54,593 bases of DNA, taken from the IMG/VR virus record IMGVR_UViG_3300019360_000011, positions 1 through 54,593 of that record. One strand, 5' to 3'. The number at the start of each line of letters is the position of its first letter. Position 1 is the first letter of the stretch. Positions 45,512 through 54,593 of this stretch are shown here, piece by piece. The notes under the pieces were generated by a model that saw only the letters and a program-made list of their open reading frames with translations, made no database searches and was not told the DNA's origin. Origin of the DNA: a virus (taxonomy: Duplodnaviria; Caudoviricetes). The position numbers were made by a program, and so were the translations under genes.

Positions 45512-46701
45512 GCGGTGACAACCTCCGGTGAGACTCCCAGCTTCTTAGGAGTGAGCACGCTCTTCACGACGTCAGCGAACCGTTCACCGATGTTCTTCCA
45601 GCGGTATCGCTCCTGGAGAACGAGCTCGAGCCCCGCCCCGGCCAGACGCTCACGCTCAGCCTTGTCGGAGTACAGGTGATTCAACGCTGCGACCGTCATC
45701 CCACGATCGGGGACGCCACCGATGACGTTGATGTCGTTCGGCGTGCACGAGACGCTCGAGCACTCGACGAGCCACGCAGCAGTCGCCGCCCACTCCCCGA
45801 GAGCCGACCAGTCCGGGACGATCTGCGGAACCCCGCACGCCATCCCCTCCATATGCGTCAGGCCCCAGCCTTCTCCCTGCGTCGTCGAGAGCATGACGTC
45901 GAACGCGCTGTACATCTCGGCGAGAGCGCGTTCTTCGACTCCAAGACCCATCTCCGGAGAAGAGATGATGAGCCGATTGGAAATCTTGAGGTACCGGCCA
46001 AGCTGCTCGAGGTCGTACCCAGCGTCACCAGTCGGACCGACGTGGAGGAAGAGATATGCATCCCGGACGTCGTGAGTCCGGACCCACTCCGCGAAGTAGA
46101 CCAGCGCAAGGTCCAAGCGCTTCCTCGGCTGGTTCCGACCGACGACACCGACGATGAACGCGTCTCTCAACGCGCCGAGCCGCAGTCGATCACGGACCTC
46201 TGATCGTCGATACGGCTTGTACACGTCGAGGTCGACGCCGAGCGGGATCACGTTCGCCTCTCCGGTGAACCCACCCTGCCGAGCTTGAAAGAGCCCGAAG
46301 TCCGTCCAGAAGACTGCGTTCGCGAGACCGTTCAGGCCAGCGCCTCGACAGTTGAGCCCGTCCACGGCCACCGACGCGACCGCAGGCGTGTTCCCGATCC
46401 TCTTCACGTACTCTGGGATGTTCCACGGATCGTTCGTCACGCACACGACGTCGGGTCTCAGCCGCTCGACGAGCTCTTTCGTCCGCTTCAACCCAAAGGC
46501 GTCACCGCCAGCATACCCGTAGCACGGGTACACCGGCACCTTCAACTTGTGCGGGTCTCCGAGGTAGTTCAGCGCGAGAACGTGCACGTCCCATCCCGCT
46601 GCGACGAGCCCGTCGACATAGGCGTGATTCAACCTCGCGAAGCCAGACGAGACGACTGCATCCCCGATCAACAGTACACGATGTTTGCCAGTGGTGTTCA
46701 C
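45508..46701 (-). CDS. GT-B (GT4-like) glycosyltransferase
   Basis: SGFAR, IPLGVD, GRNQPRK, GEGWGL..MEGMACGVP. Confidence 0.9.
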   Translation of the reverse strand: MNTTGKHRVLLIGDAVVSSGFARLNHAYVDGLVAAGWDVHVLALNYLGDPHKLKVPVYPCYGYAGGDAFGLKRTKELVERLRPDVVCVTNDPWNIPEYVKRIGNTPAVASVAVDGLNCRGAGLNGLANAVFWTDFGLFQARQGGFTGEANVIPLGVDLDVYKPYRRSEVRDRLRLGALRDAFIVGVVGRNQPRKRLDLALVYFAEWVRTHDVRDAYLFLHVGPTGDAGYDLEQLGRYLKISNRLIISSPEMGLGVEERALAEMYSAFDVMLSTTQGEGWGLTHMEGMACGVPQIVPDWSALGEWAATAAWLVECSSVSCTPNDINVIGGVPDRGMTVAALNHLYSDKAERERLAGAGLELVLQERYRWKNIGERFADVVKSVLTPKKLGVSPEVVTA

Positions 46702-47555
46702 GACAAGATCTCCTTCCAGAATCCTTCTGCGATCGTCTTCCAGTCAAATCGACGAAGAACGATCTCTCGCTCCGCCTCGGTGACTGCGTACCACGGGCCA
46801 CTCAAGATCGGCAAGAGCTGCTCCACGAGAGCTGATCCAGAGCACTCTTCGACGAAGACCGCGTGTCCTGCGTACCACTGCTTCATGTCAGAGCGGCTGA
46901 ACACGATCGGACGAGCTCCACACGCGAGTCCCTCCAAGACCGGGAGCTCAAAGCCTTCGACGTAACGCAGCCCAGAGACCCATCGCGCTCGTCCATACTC
47001 CTTAGCCAGAGATGCATCAGAGATCCCGAGCGCCGCGCGCCATCGCGGTGATGGACGCCACTTTGCTCCCGCAACAGCCGCTGGACCGAGATGAAAGACC
47101 TTCATGCGGAGATGATCAGCCGCTAGAGCGACCTCTTCGATCGCCTCAGCACCAGGACCGGTCAAGAACCCACTCGTCACGACCCCGTCACGGTCAGCAC
47201 CGTTTCCCTTGAAGACGTCTCCGTCAACCCCGAGCGGAGCGTGGTAGAAACGGCCGTGGACCGGGAGGTCTCCGTAGTAGCTCCAGACTAGACGAGCTCC
47301 CTGCCAGAAGCTCTGCCAGTCTTGGACTTCTCGCGCTGGGTTCGTCTTCCAGCAGTACTGGATCACCGCGTAGCTCTTCGTGCGCACCAGAGAGCGCGGG
47401 TACCCACCGATCACGTGGCAGATCTGCAGATCAGCGTCACCCGGATCATTCGCGATCGTGACAGTCGGAGGCGCGTAGCGCCTCAACGCGTCGCCAACCC
47501 GACGCATCGCTCGACTCACCGATGCACCAGGGAGCGGATCAACGTAGGCTCTCAC
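46698..47555 (-). CDS. GT-B glycosyltransferase
   Basis: PLGVD, EGFELPVLEGLACG, FDW. Confidence 0.85.
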   Translation of the reverse strand: MRAYVDPLPGASVSRAMRRVGDALRRYAPPTVTIANDPGDADLQICHVIGGYPRSLVRTKSYAVIQYCWKTNPAREVQDWQSFWQGARLVWSYYGDLPVHGRFYHAPLGVDGDVFKGNGADRDGVVTSGFLTGPGAEAIEEVALAADHLRMKVFHLGPAAVAGAKWRPSPRWRAALGISDASLAKEYGRARWVSGLRYVEGFELPVLEGLACGARPIVFSRSDMKQWYAGHAVFVEECSGSALVEQLLPILSGPWYAVTEAEREIVLRRFDWKTIAEGFWKEILS

Positions 47556-48250
47556 GCTGGGTGCCTCACCGCGAGCTGTGTCGCGACCGCGATGTTAAAC
47601 CCGACCATCCTGGCGTGTCGACACCAGCCGACCAGAGCCTCGTCTCGGCAGCCGCGCACCCGCTGGATGACCTCCCACCGCATCGCTAGACAGCTCCCGA
47701 CGCTGTCGAGCTCGAGATACGGGAGCCCGTTGATCGCGTGACAAAACGGTGGAAATGGTCCGAAGCGTCCTCCCTTGTATCGGAACGCCCAGACGTCGTA
47801 GAAATTCGCCCCGGCGAAGATCATCGGAGCGATGATGTCGATCCCATGCCGTCGCTCGGCCGCGATGTCGACCAGCGCACCGATAGTCATCGGGTCCCAG
47901 ATCAGGTCGCTCTCGACGTGTACGATCACGTCGTACTCCGGTCCGTCGGCGATCGCTCGAAAAGCGGTGTCGAGAACCTCTGACATCACCGCGAGTCTGA
48001 TCGGGTGCTCGACTGAACCGAGCTGCGGCTTCCCGGTGTTGGCGGTGACCAGCCGTGTCAGCGTTCCGAACTCGCGCGACATCTTGATGATCCTGTGCGG
48101 CGTGTCGTCACGTGAGTCGCCCTCAGTCGCCTGAGCATGGATCAGGTGGCCCGAACCGACATGCCTCTGCAGCATGCTGATCTGCGAGAACCACCTTCGA
48201 ATCTGTTGATCACCGGTGTCTCGGAAAGCAGAGGAGATGAGAATCTTCAC
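47552..48250 (-). CDS. GT-A fold glycosyltransferase (GT2/Anp1-like)
   Basis: EGDSRDDT, VESD (DxD-like), FYDVWAFR, LDSVGSC. Confidence 0.75.
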   Translation of the reverse strand: MKILISSAFRDTGDQQIRRWFSQISMLQRHVGSGHLIHAQATEGDSRDDTPHRIIKMSREFGTLTRLVTANTGKPQLGSVEHPIRLAVMSEVLDTAFRAIADGPEYDVIVHVESDLIWDPMTIGALVDIAAERRHGIDIIAPMIFAGANFYDVWAFRYKGGRFGPFPPFCHAINGLPYLELDSVGSCLAMRWEVIQRVRGCRDEALVGWCRHARMVGFNIAVATQLAVRHPA

Positions 48251-48732
48251 GAGACCTCACCGATCTTCCTGGCCGGGACACCGGCCCAGATCTCACGAGC
48301 GGGGACATCCTTCGTCACGACGGCACCAGCTCCGATCCGAGCACGCTCTCCGACATGGACCCCAGGCATCACGATCGCCCCGGCGAACAGGATCGCGTTC
48401 TTACGGATAACGACTCTCTTCTTCTCGACCAGCTGCTGGTCTTGAGGCGCAGAAGCGCTACAGCTCTCTCCCTCAGGCTTGTTTGAGCCGCTGATGATCT
48501 TCGCCCCGCTCGCCATCGCTGCCCCATCCTCAATGATGGTCTCTCCTCCTCCGATGTTCACGTGACAGAAGCTGGCGATGTGGACGTTTCGCCCGATCGT
48601 GACCCCTTCGCCGCCCTCGATCTTCACGAAGGAGTCGACACGCGATCCGTCTCCGACCTTGACGACAGACGGACGAGTCACGACGATCGGCTGGTACCAA
48701 TCCACCTGCTCTCCCAGCTCGCCGATGATCAC
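48247..48732 (-). CDS. Hexapeptide-repeat acyltransferase
   Basis: IGRNVHI, IGAGAVVTKDVP, GVPARKI. Confidence 0.9.
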   Translation of the reverse strand: MIIGELGEQVDWYQPIVVTRPSVVKVGDGSRVDSFVKIEGGEGVTIGRNVHIASFCHVNIGGGETIIEDGAAMASGAKIISGSNKPEGESCSASAPQDQQLVEKKRVVIRKNAILFAGAIVMPGVHVGERARIGAGAVVTKDVPAREIWAGVPARKIGEVS

Positions 48733-49775
48733 GCCGCGACCTCCGTGAGCACGCTACTGAGCAGCGCGCAGACGCTCTCAACGTCCTTCGTGCCAATCTC
48801 GGCATGGAGCGGCAGGAGCAGTCCGTCTCGCGCGAGCTCCTCTGCGACGGGCATCCGCTCCCCGCCGCGATAGATCGGCTGCGTGTTCAACGCCGGGAAG
48901 ACCGGACGCGTCTCGATCTCGCCCTGACTGAAGAGAGCGTCAGCGACTCTCTGGCGGTCTGAGACCAAGATCGGCATCACCCATTCGACAGCATAAGCGC
49001 TCCGCCACTGGCTGCGTACGTCGAGGAGTCGAGAGTCATACTCAAACCGAACAGCTCGTCGAACGCGTAGCATGTCGTGCAGGCGCTCCAGCTGCGCGAG
49101 CCCGATAGCTGCCTGGAGATCGGTCATCCGATAGTTGAAGCCGAGCACGTCGTGAACGTATCGGCGTGCCGACTGACCCTGACCACGCAGCTTCTTCACG
49201 CGGTCGATCACCGACTCGTCATTCGAGAGTACGGCACCACCCTCTCCGCACGTGATGATCTTGTTTCCGTAGAACGACAAGACGGTCGCGTCCCCGTACA
49301 TCGGGACTCCGTGTGCCTCACACGCGTCTTGCAGCACCCAGGCCCGACTTGGAAATGCCTGACGTCGCCCTGCGGCCTGCGTCCCGTAGAGGTCGACCAG
49401 TATGACCCCAGCCGCGCGGTGCTGCTCAGCAGCCTCTAACGCAGCCTCCACCGGCAGCGTCCACGTCTTCGGATCGACGTCCACGAAGATCGGCGTCGCT
49501 CCACAGTACCTCACCGCGTTGGCCGTCGCGATGTACGAGCACGCAGGAACGATCACTCTCTGCCCAGGCTTCAGCCCGAGCGCGAGCAGTGCGAGGTGCA
49601 GCGCAGCGGTTCCTGAGGCCACCGTCACGGCCGCATAACCGAGCTGCTCGTTGCCGAGTCGCTTCTCAAACCTCTCGACGAACTCTCCCATCGACAGACG
49701 GGTGCTCCGAAGAACCTCAAGGAGATAACGCTTCTCGTTCCCTCGAAAGGACGGCTGTGCGATGTTAATCCTCAC
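48729..49775 (-). CDS. DegT/DnrJ/EryC1/StrS PLP aminotransferase (perosamine synthase-like)
   Basis: SGTAALHLAL, DACEAHG, SFYGNKIITCGEGG (PLP Lys), GFNYRM...AAIG. Confidence 0.92.
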   Translation of the reverse strand: MRINIAQPSFRGNEKRYLLEVLRSTRLSMGEFVERFEKRLGNEQLGYAAVTVASGTAALHLALLALGLKPGQRVIVPACSYIATANAVRYCGATPIFVDVDPKTWTLPVEAALEAAEQHRAAGVILVDLYGTQAAGRRQAFPSRAWVLQDACEAHGVPMYGDATVLSFYGNKIITCGEGGAVLSNDESVIDRVKKLRGQGQSARRYVHDVLGFNYRMTDLQAAIGLAQLERLHDMLRVRRAVRFEYDSRLLDVRSQWRSAYAVEWVMPILVSDRQRVADALFSQGEIETRPVFPALNTQPIYRGGERMPVAEELARDGLLLPLHAEIGTKDVESVCALLSSVLTEVAA

Positions 49776-50110
49776 GCGAAGTTTACCTGCTCGTGGTGCG
49801 CCCCATTCTCGTCCTGAAACTGCTCGACACTGATCACCGGAGGAAGCGGTGGCTTAAAGCGAACCGGAAGCGTGATCCGATGGTAGATCGTCGCTCCCGG
49901 CGTCCCAGCCAGAATGACCCGCAACGAAGAGACCCGCTCTTTTCCGGTCGAATCACGAACGACACGATTTCCGATCATGCAGTGTGCCCGAACGACGACC
50001 GTCGCTCCATAGGCCGTCGGATTACCCCTCATGTCAAAGCCTGTGGGAGCTTCCAGCGAGACGGTGTCAGAGAACAGGTCAATGAGCGCCGACACAATCT
50101 GCGCAGGCAC
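49772..50110 (-). CDS. Head closure protein
   Basis: Size, position, VRD..GKE.VS and DENG.HH motifs. Confidence 0.65.
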   Translation of the reverse strand: MPAQIVSALIDLFSDTVSLEAPTGFDMRGNPTAYGATVVVRAHCMIGNRVVRDSTGKERVSSLRVILAGTPGATIYHRITLPVRFKPPLPPVISVEQFQDENGAHHEQVNFA

Positions 50111-50111
50111 G

Positions 50112-50486
50112 TCAGAGCATCCTCAGCACATGGCTGTTCCCGCCAGCCTTCAGCAGCAACGCACAGCCACGTTCCTGCAAAGACTTCATGTACGCACGAT
50201 ACGCAGAGTCAGCCGAATCGTTGCTACCGTAGTCAATGCTCAGGTTCCCGACTGTCTTCGAGGTCACGGTCCCCGAGCCTCCGTCTTTATTCAAGATCAC
50301 GCCCGCGGCCATCGCGGCCGCGAGGTACTTGGTCCAGTTGCCGCTCCCGTTGATGCTTACCTGTTCGGCGATCAGTGCGTCGATCTCCTCGTCTTGAAGC
50401 ACAGCCGACGCAACGACACGGTCGCCCGACAGGAACCGGACCCAGTCCCTGTCGGTAGGAAGCGTCGGATCGTACGTGGCTGACAC
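50112..50486 (-). CDS. Head-tail adaptor
   Basis: D.VRFL.GD...LQDEEI...VG.LSI.Y. Confidence 0.75.
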   Translation of the reverse strand: MSATYDPTLPTDRDWVRFLSGDRVVASAVLQDEEIDALIAEQVSINGSGNWTKYLAAAMAAGVILNKDGGSGTVTSKTVGNLSIDYGSNDSADSAYRAYMKSLQERGCALLLKAGGNSHVLRML

Positions 50487-50497
50487 GTCTTACCTCC

Positions 50498-51532
50498 TTA
50501 CGGAACCGCGATGATCTCGACCACGCCGCTGCGACCGTCCGAGTCGGACCGGATCAGCGGGACATGGATCGAGAACGCCTTGAACTCGACACGGAACCCG
50601 CCCTGGATGTCCCACTGCACCGTCTGCAGCGGCTCACCCTCGACGAGCACGACCACGTCGGGCGTCGCCTGGACGACGATCACGCTGCCGCTCGGCAGCT
50701 GATCGGCGACGCGGATGCCGGCGACACGGTCGACCTCGAGGACCCGCTGCCGGATCGTCTTGTCGCTGTTCGCCTTGAAGTCCGACTCCAGCTTGGTGGA
50801 CGCGTCGCTCGGGACGTAGATCCAGTACGGGCCGGAGTTCATCCGATCCGCCTCGAGCGCCGTGATCGCGGCCAGAACGTCCGCGAGGATGTTCTCCCCC
50901 GTCACGGCCGGGACGTTCCACGGGTTCGTGACGAAGTTCGTGATGTTGCGGTCCGGGTGCGTGGTGTAGCCGTAGATCGGGAGCGATCCGAACATCGGCC
51001 CACCCTGGAACAGCATCTTCTCGACCTGCTCGGCCACGAGTCGGCCCGCCGTCCGGACCTGCGTGGTGTCGAGCGACTCGCCCCGCTCACGGGACGCCAT
51101 GAGCGTGCGCAGGTTGATGCCGAAGTCCTTGTGGGTGATCGGCAGAGGCAGCGAGTTCAAGTCAAACTCCTGCCGATCGTCTTCGGTCCGCGACATGCCG
51201 TCCAGAGACGTCTGGGCGGGCTCCATGTCGGTGATCTTCTCGTACTGGAAGACCGTCTTGCCCATCCCGTTGGCGACGGGCCTCGTGAGCCCGGCGGCCA
51301 TCAGATCCGCGACACCCCGCAGTCGGATCGTCCCCTCCTGCACGAGCGCCTCGTCGAAGTGGATCCACTCGTCCTTGCGGAGAGTGTCCGCGGTGCGCAG
51401 CTCCTTCGGCGTCATCGGGCGTCCCTCTTGCATCGCGCGCAAGAGACGCTCGCCGGCCCACCTGCCGGAGCTCCCGTTCCAGAACTTCGCCCCGCCATCG
51501 ACGTTCGCGGGTGCGTTCCTCGTTCTCGCCAT
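50498..51532 (-). CDS. Major capsid protein (HK97 fold, encapsulin/linocin-like branch)
   Basis: ATG 51532 with AAGGAAGGAG RBS; TLRKDEW..FD, PLPITHKDF, YGYTTHP; position. Confidence 0.85.
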   Translation of the reverse strand: MARTRNAPANVDGGAKFWNGSSGRWAGERLLRAMQEGRPMTPKELRTADTLRKDEWIHFDEALVQEGTIRLRGVADLMAAGLTRPVANGMGKTVFQYEKITDMEPAQTSLDGMSRTEDDRQEFDLNSLPLPITHKDFGINLRTLMASRERGESLDTTQVRTAGRLVAEQVEKMLFQGGPMFGSLPIYGYTTHPDRNITNFVTNPWNVPAVTGENILADVLAAITALEADRMNSGPYWIYVPSDASTKLESDFKANSDKTIRQRVLEVDRVAGIRVADQLPSGSVIVVQATPDVVVLVEGEPLQTVQWDIQGGFRVEFKAFSIHVPLIRSDSDGRSGVVEIIAVP

Positions 51533-51569
51533 CTTCGTTTCTCCTTCCTTACGGTGGCCCATGGGCCGG

Positions 51570-51989
51570 TTAGACGATCTCGACGCGGATGCGAGCGTCG
51601 GCCGAAGCGTTCACCGCCTCGAGAGCCCGCGCCATGCGGACCGTCGCGGTGACGCCCGTCGCGGTGAGCAGACCCGTGGTGTTGCTGGTCAGATACGCAC
51701 CCTTCGCGACGTTCTGGCCGGAAGCGAGCCACGCGTAGACCCGCTGACCGGGGTGAAACGCACCGACCTTGACCTTGTCTCCGACCGCGTACGCCACGTC
51801 GATGTCGTTCCCGAGCTCGTCGCGCTCCAGCGCGAAGTTCGGGGCGACGTTCGCCGCGTCGTCCGTGTTCCTCTGGACGCCGGTCGACGTGAGCTCGAGA
51901 AGATGCCCGGGCGTGATGGCCGCGAGCGCCGACTCCTCCTCGTTCACGACGGGCGGCAAGCCCAGCAGTCCGATCGTTCTCCTCGCCAT
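51570..51989 (-). CDS. Capsid decoration/cement protein
   Basis: AITPGHLL, G..L...G.L, ARALEAV; directly upstream of MCP. Confidence 0.75.
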   Translation of the reverse strand: MARRTIGLLGLPPVVNEEESALAAITPGHLLELTSTGVQRNTDDAANVAPNFALERDELGNDIDVAYAVGDKVKVGAFHPGQRVYAWLASGQNVAKGAYLTSNTTGLLTATGVTATVRMARALEAVNASADARIRVEIV

Positions 51990-52032
51990 CTCTTGATCTC
52001 CTTCCTTGATCTCTTGGAAAAACGCCTGTGAA

Positions 52033-54084
52033 CTACGACGCCTTCTCGATCCCTCGAGCGATCCGGATGGACCTCGACAGCGAGGGAGCGGCCGGGATCT
52101 CCTCCTCGGTGACGGACGACGCCGCGCGCGGGACGCCCGCGCCCGAGTAGTACTTCTTCGGAACGGACGCGGTGATCAGCTTGGTGATCTTCTCGAGGGA
52201 CTCGAGCGGCATGGCCTTGAGATCCGCCTCGCTGTACGCCTCCTGCTTGACGCCCGCGCACGCGGCGACCAGCTCCGCGTGACGAGCCGTATCCCTGGCC
52301 TTCTCGCGATCCAGGACGAGCTTCACGTCCGGGAACATCGACAGGAACTTCTGCCGCTGCTCTTCGGGGGTCGGCTCCGGGACCGGCTCCGGCTCCGTCG
52401 CCAGCGCCGTGAGACGCTCCTCGGACAGCTGCTCCAGGATCGGAGCGTCCGCCGCCGCGAAGCGGGACTTCTTCTGGGCCAGAATCTTCTGGACCAGCTC
52501 CTTCTTCGTCATGTCGTTCTCCTTCCCTGCGGGCGTTCCTTCCGTCTTGCCGCCACACCCGCAGTTGCCTGCGGCGGCACGCTCCTTCTTCCCTTCCACC
52601 ATCGCACGGGCCTCTTCCTCCGTGTCGTGGCACATCTCCTTCCCGTCGGCCGTCTTGTGGCAGTAGCGGCTACCCTTCTCGTACACGGCGCTCTTCTCAC
52701 CCTTCTTCTTGAAGGGCGGAGCCGCACCCGGGAAGGCCGCTGCGTTGACCGGCTCGAACCGGGTGATCTGCTGGACCTCCTCGCCACCCTCGACGTCGAG
52801 CTCCACGCCACCGGCATCCGTCATCCGGTAGTCGCAGCGGTGCAGCATCAACGCGCCCTCCGGAGCCGAAGCGTAGATCACCTTGTGCTCCTCGGGATAG
52901 TACGAGTCGACCCCGATGAAGCCCGGGACGGTGGCCATCAGCGCCTGGTGCAGTGCCGTGCGCAGCTCATCGGCCGTCTGGCCATAGTCCTCGAGGACCT
53001 TCGGGTCACTCGGGACGAAGCTCTCGAGGAGAGCCTTGAACTTCTCGAGGATCGTCATCGACTGTCCCTCCAGATTCTTGAAACCTTTCTGTGCGAGAGA
53101 GGACGTGCTCTCTTGATACGGCGTGCGCTGACCGGTGTCGATCGTGTAGATCAAATCGCGACCAGGCGTCTTCTCGATCTTCGTGATGCGCCCCGATCGG
53201 ACCTGGCTGTCTCCTGATGGCTTCCACTGGATGCGAGATCCGCGCTGCAACTTTAGCGCGCCGTCGTATCGCATATCGTAGGAAGCACCACCGTCTCTGG
53301 AGAAGTCACCCTTCTCGTCATCCCCCCCGCCTGTTCCTGGCGCGCTCCCACCGATCTGTCCCGGACGTCCAGCGTGACCGAAGTTCCCGCTTCCCTTCCC
53401 ACCCGCCGCGCGCAGTGCCCCGCAGCCCATCTCGATGCTGCACGCTCCGACCACTCCCTCCTCGAGGAAGGCGAGGTGGTCGGGGACGATGTCCTGCCAG
53501 ACCGCCTCGTAGCGCAGCCCGCCGTCCGCGCCGGGCTTCTGGTCTAGCGTCACGAACACTCCGACGCTGACCTCGGTCTGCTCCCCACGCTGGAGCGCGT
53601 CGAGAATCGACCCCGCCCCTGCGGAACGAGCGCGCTCGGGGTCGACATACGCGTCCATCTTCAGCTTTCCGCCGTCCACGCGCGCGTTGAAGATCGTCCC
53701 GATCCTGTGCTCCTCGAGCACGGTCGGCTCGTTTGCGCTGATCTGTCGGCCGTCTCGAGACGGGTGCCCGAACATGATCGGACGACCGTTCCAACCCTGT
53801 GGAGCCTGCTCGAGATCCTCGAGTCGGACCAGCTCCGGCTGGAGGGAGTTGTGCGCGTGGATCACTCCCGGCACGAGCGCGATCACCGGGACCACGATGT
53901 GCTCTCGCCCCTCGAAGATCGCGGTCCGCAGCAGGCCGCTCTGCAGGGCATGGAGCTCGCGGTGCTTGCTGGCCTCGATCGCTGCGAGCTGCCTCTTTGC
54001 GTCGGCCTCCGTCGCGTGACAGGCGATGCGCCGCTGGCCGCTCTTGTCGAAGACGCAGTAGCGTGAACCGACCTTCTTGATCAT
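52033..54084 (-). CDS. Prohead protease (DUF2213-like)/scaffold fusion
   Basis: WNGRP...HP, EVSVG, PDHLAFL...GACS...GCG; charged C-terminus; start at ATG 54084 with AGGAG RBS. Confidence 0.8.
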   Translation of the reverse strand: MIKKVGSRYCVFDKSGQRRIACHATEADAKRQLAAIEASKHRELHALQSGLLRTAIFEGREHIVVPVIALVPGVIHAHNSLQPELVRLEDLEQAPQGWNGRPIMFGHPSRDGRQISANEPTVLEEHRIGTIFNARVDGGKLKMDAYVDPERARSAGAGSILDALQRGEQTEVSVGVFVTLDQKPGADGGLRYEAVWQDIVPDHLAFLEEGVVGACSIEMGCGALRAAGGKGSGNFGHAGRPGQIGGSAPGTGGGDDEKGDFSRDGGASYDMRYDGALKLQRGSRIQWKPSGDSQVRSGRITKIEKTPGRDLIYTIDTGQRTPYQESTSSLAQKGFKNLEGQSMTILEKFKALLESFVPSDPKVLEDYGQTADELRTALHQALMATVPGFIGVDSYYPEEHKVIYASAPEGALMLHRCDYRMTDAGGVELDVEGGEEVQQITRFEPVNAAAFPGAAPPFKKKGEKSAVYEKGSRYCHKTADGKEMCHDTEEEARAMVEGKKERAAAGNCGCGGKTEGTPAGKENDMTKKELVQKILAQKKSRFAAADAPILEQLSEERLTALATEPEPVPEPTPEEQRQKFLSMFPDVKLVLDREKARDTARHAELVAACAGVKQEAYSEADLKAMPLESLEKITKLITASVPKKYYSGAGVPRAASSVTEEEIPAAPSLSRSIRIARGIEKAS

Positions 54085-54097
54085 GTCTGCCTCTCTC

Positions 54098-54593
54098 CTA
54101 TGTGAGACGATAGCCCAGGGCCGGGATCGGTACGGCGGTGATCGCCGCACCTCCCGATCCAAACGGTGAAGGAAGCGCGGCGAACGCGAAGGCGCGGGAG
54201 ATCCCCACCTGTGGGGCGGCTCCGAAGGTAGAAGGGACCCCGTGGATCGGCCACATGCCAGACAGCGGCAGGCACCGGAGCGTGGCCGCAGCGTCGGAGA
54301 GGTAGACGAGCCAGTAGAGCTGTCCAGGCGTGAGCGCCTGGGACAGCGCGAACGTCTTCACACCCGTCGTGCCGGTGCTGATGCTCCCCGAGTCCGAGAG
54401 CAGCGTAAACGGGTAGATGTCTCCGTCGTTGCCGGTGCTGGAACCACGATTGTTGTACAGGCCGATGCGACCGTTCCCGGCGAGCAGCGTGGTCACCTCG
54501 AACGCGATCTGGTCGATGGTCCCGCCCTTGAACGGGGCCACGAACGGGAAGGCGCGCAGCGTGCCCGCCGATGGAGCCCCGGTCACGAGCGCG
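54098..54593 (-). CDS. 3' part of the junction-spanning fibre/spike protein
   Basis: In frame with 1..605; beta-sandwich with RIGLY, LTPGQLYWL. Confidence 0.8.
   Translation of the reverse strand, partial: ALVTGAPSAGTLRAFPFVAPFKGGTIDQIAFEVTTLLAGNGRIGLYNNRGSSTGNDGDIYPFTLLSDSGSISTGTTGVKTFALSQALTPGQLYWLVYLSDAAATLRCLPLSGMWPIHGVPSTFGAAPQVGISRAFAFAALPSPFGSGGAAITAVPIPALGYRLT
54471..54593. repeat. Terminal direct repeat, right copy
   Basis: Identical to 1-123. Confidence 0.95.

Noticed and set aside
50498-51532. Encapsulin or linocin bacteriocin
   Set aside because: Sits in canonical protease-decoration-capsid-adaptor order, so it is the major capsid protein
1757-53217. Long antisense or alternate-frame ORFs (e.g. 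3376..4401, 4533..5663, 50564..51652, 52006..53217)
   Set aside because: Shadow ORFs of GC-rich genes; they overlap well-supported CDSs and lack motifs
54471-54593. Biological terminal repeat
   Set aside because: It interrupts a CDS that is seamless on circularisation, so it is best explained as assembler overlap

Overview
This window is an apparently complete, circularly assembled dsDNA tailed-phage genome with siphovirus-type tail genes. Its unique length is about 54,470 bp: bases 1-123 repeat exactly at 54471-54593 and the overlap cuts through a CDS. No integrase, tRNA, rRNA or CRISPR array was recognised. The minus strand from 25895 down to 6796 carries DNA metabolism genes: family A polymerase, a thymidine-hypermodification cluster, exonuclease, SNF2 helicase, probable SSB, prim-pol and RepA-like helicase, followed by an iteron-rich putative origin. 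The minus strand continues with terminase, portal, MuF-like and fibre genes, then across the junction with protease/scaffold, capsid, neck, tail and lysis genes. A short plus-strand block of small early-type genes lies at 26722-33073. The most notable items are: (1) a 5-hmdU hypermodification pathway with an unexpected CX5R phosphatase and no recognisable tailoring enzymes; (2) a five-gene amino-sugar and glycosyltransferase cassette inserted among the neck genes, suggesting virion glycosylation; (3) an apparently circularly permuted tail terminator; (4) a shared GGxGSGNxGHxGRPG tag in head proteins; (5) a CCT-W7-AGG operator overlapping four sigma70-like promoters. All family assignments come from motif recognition by eye; no database search was run.
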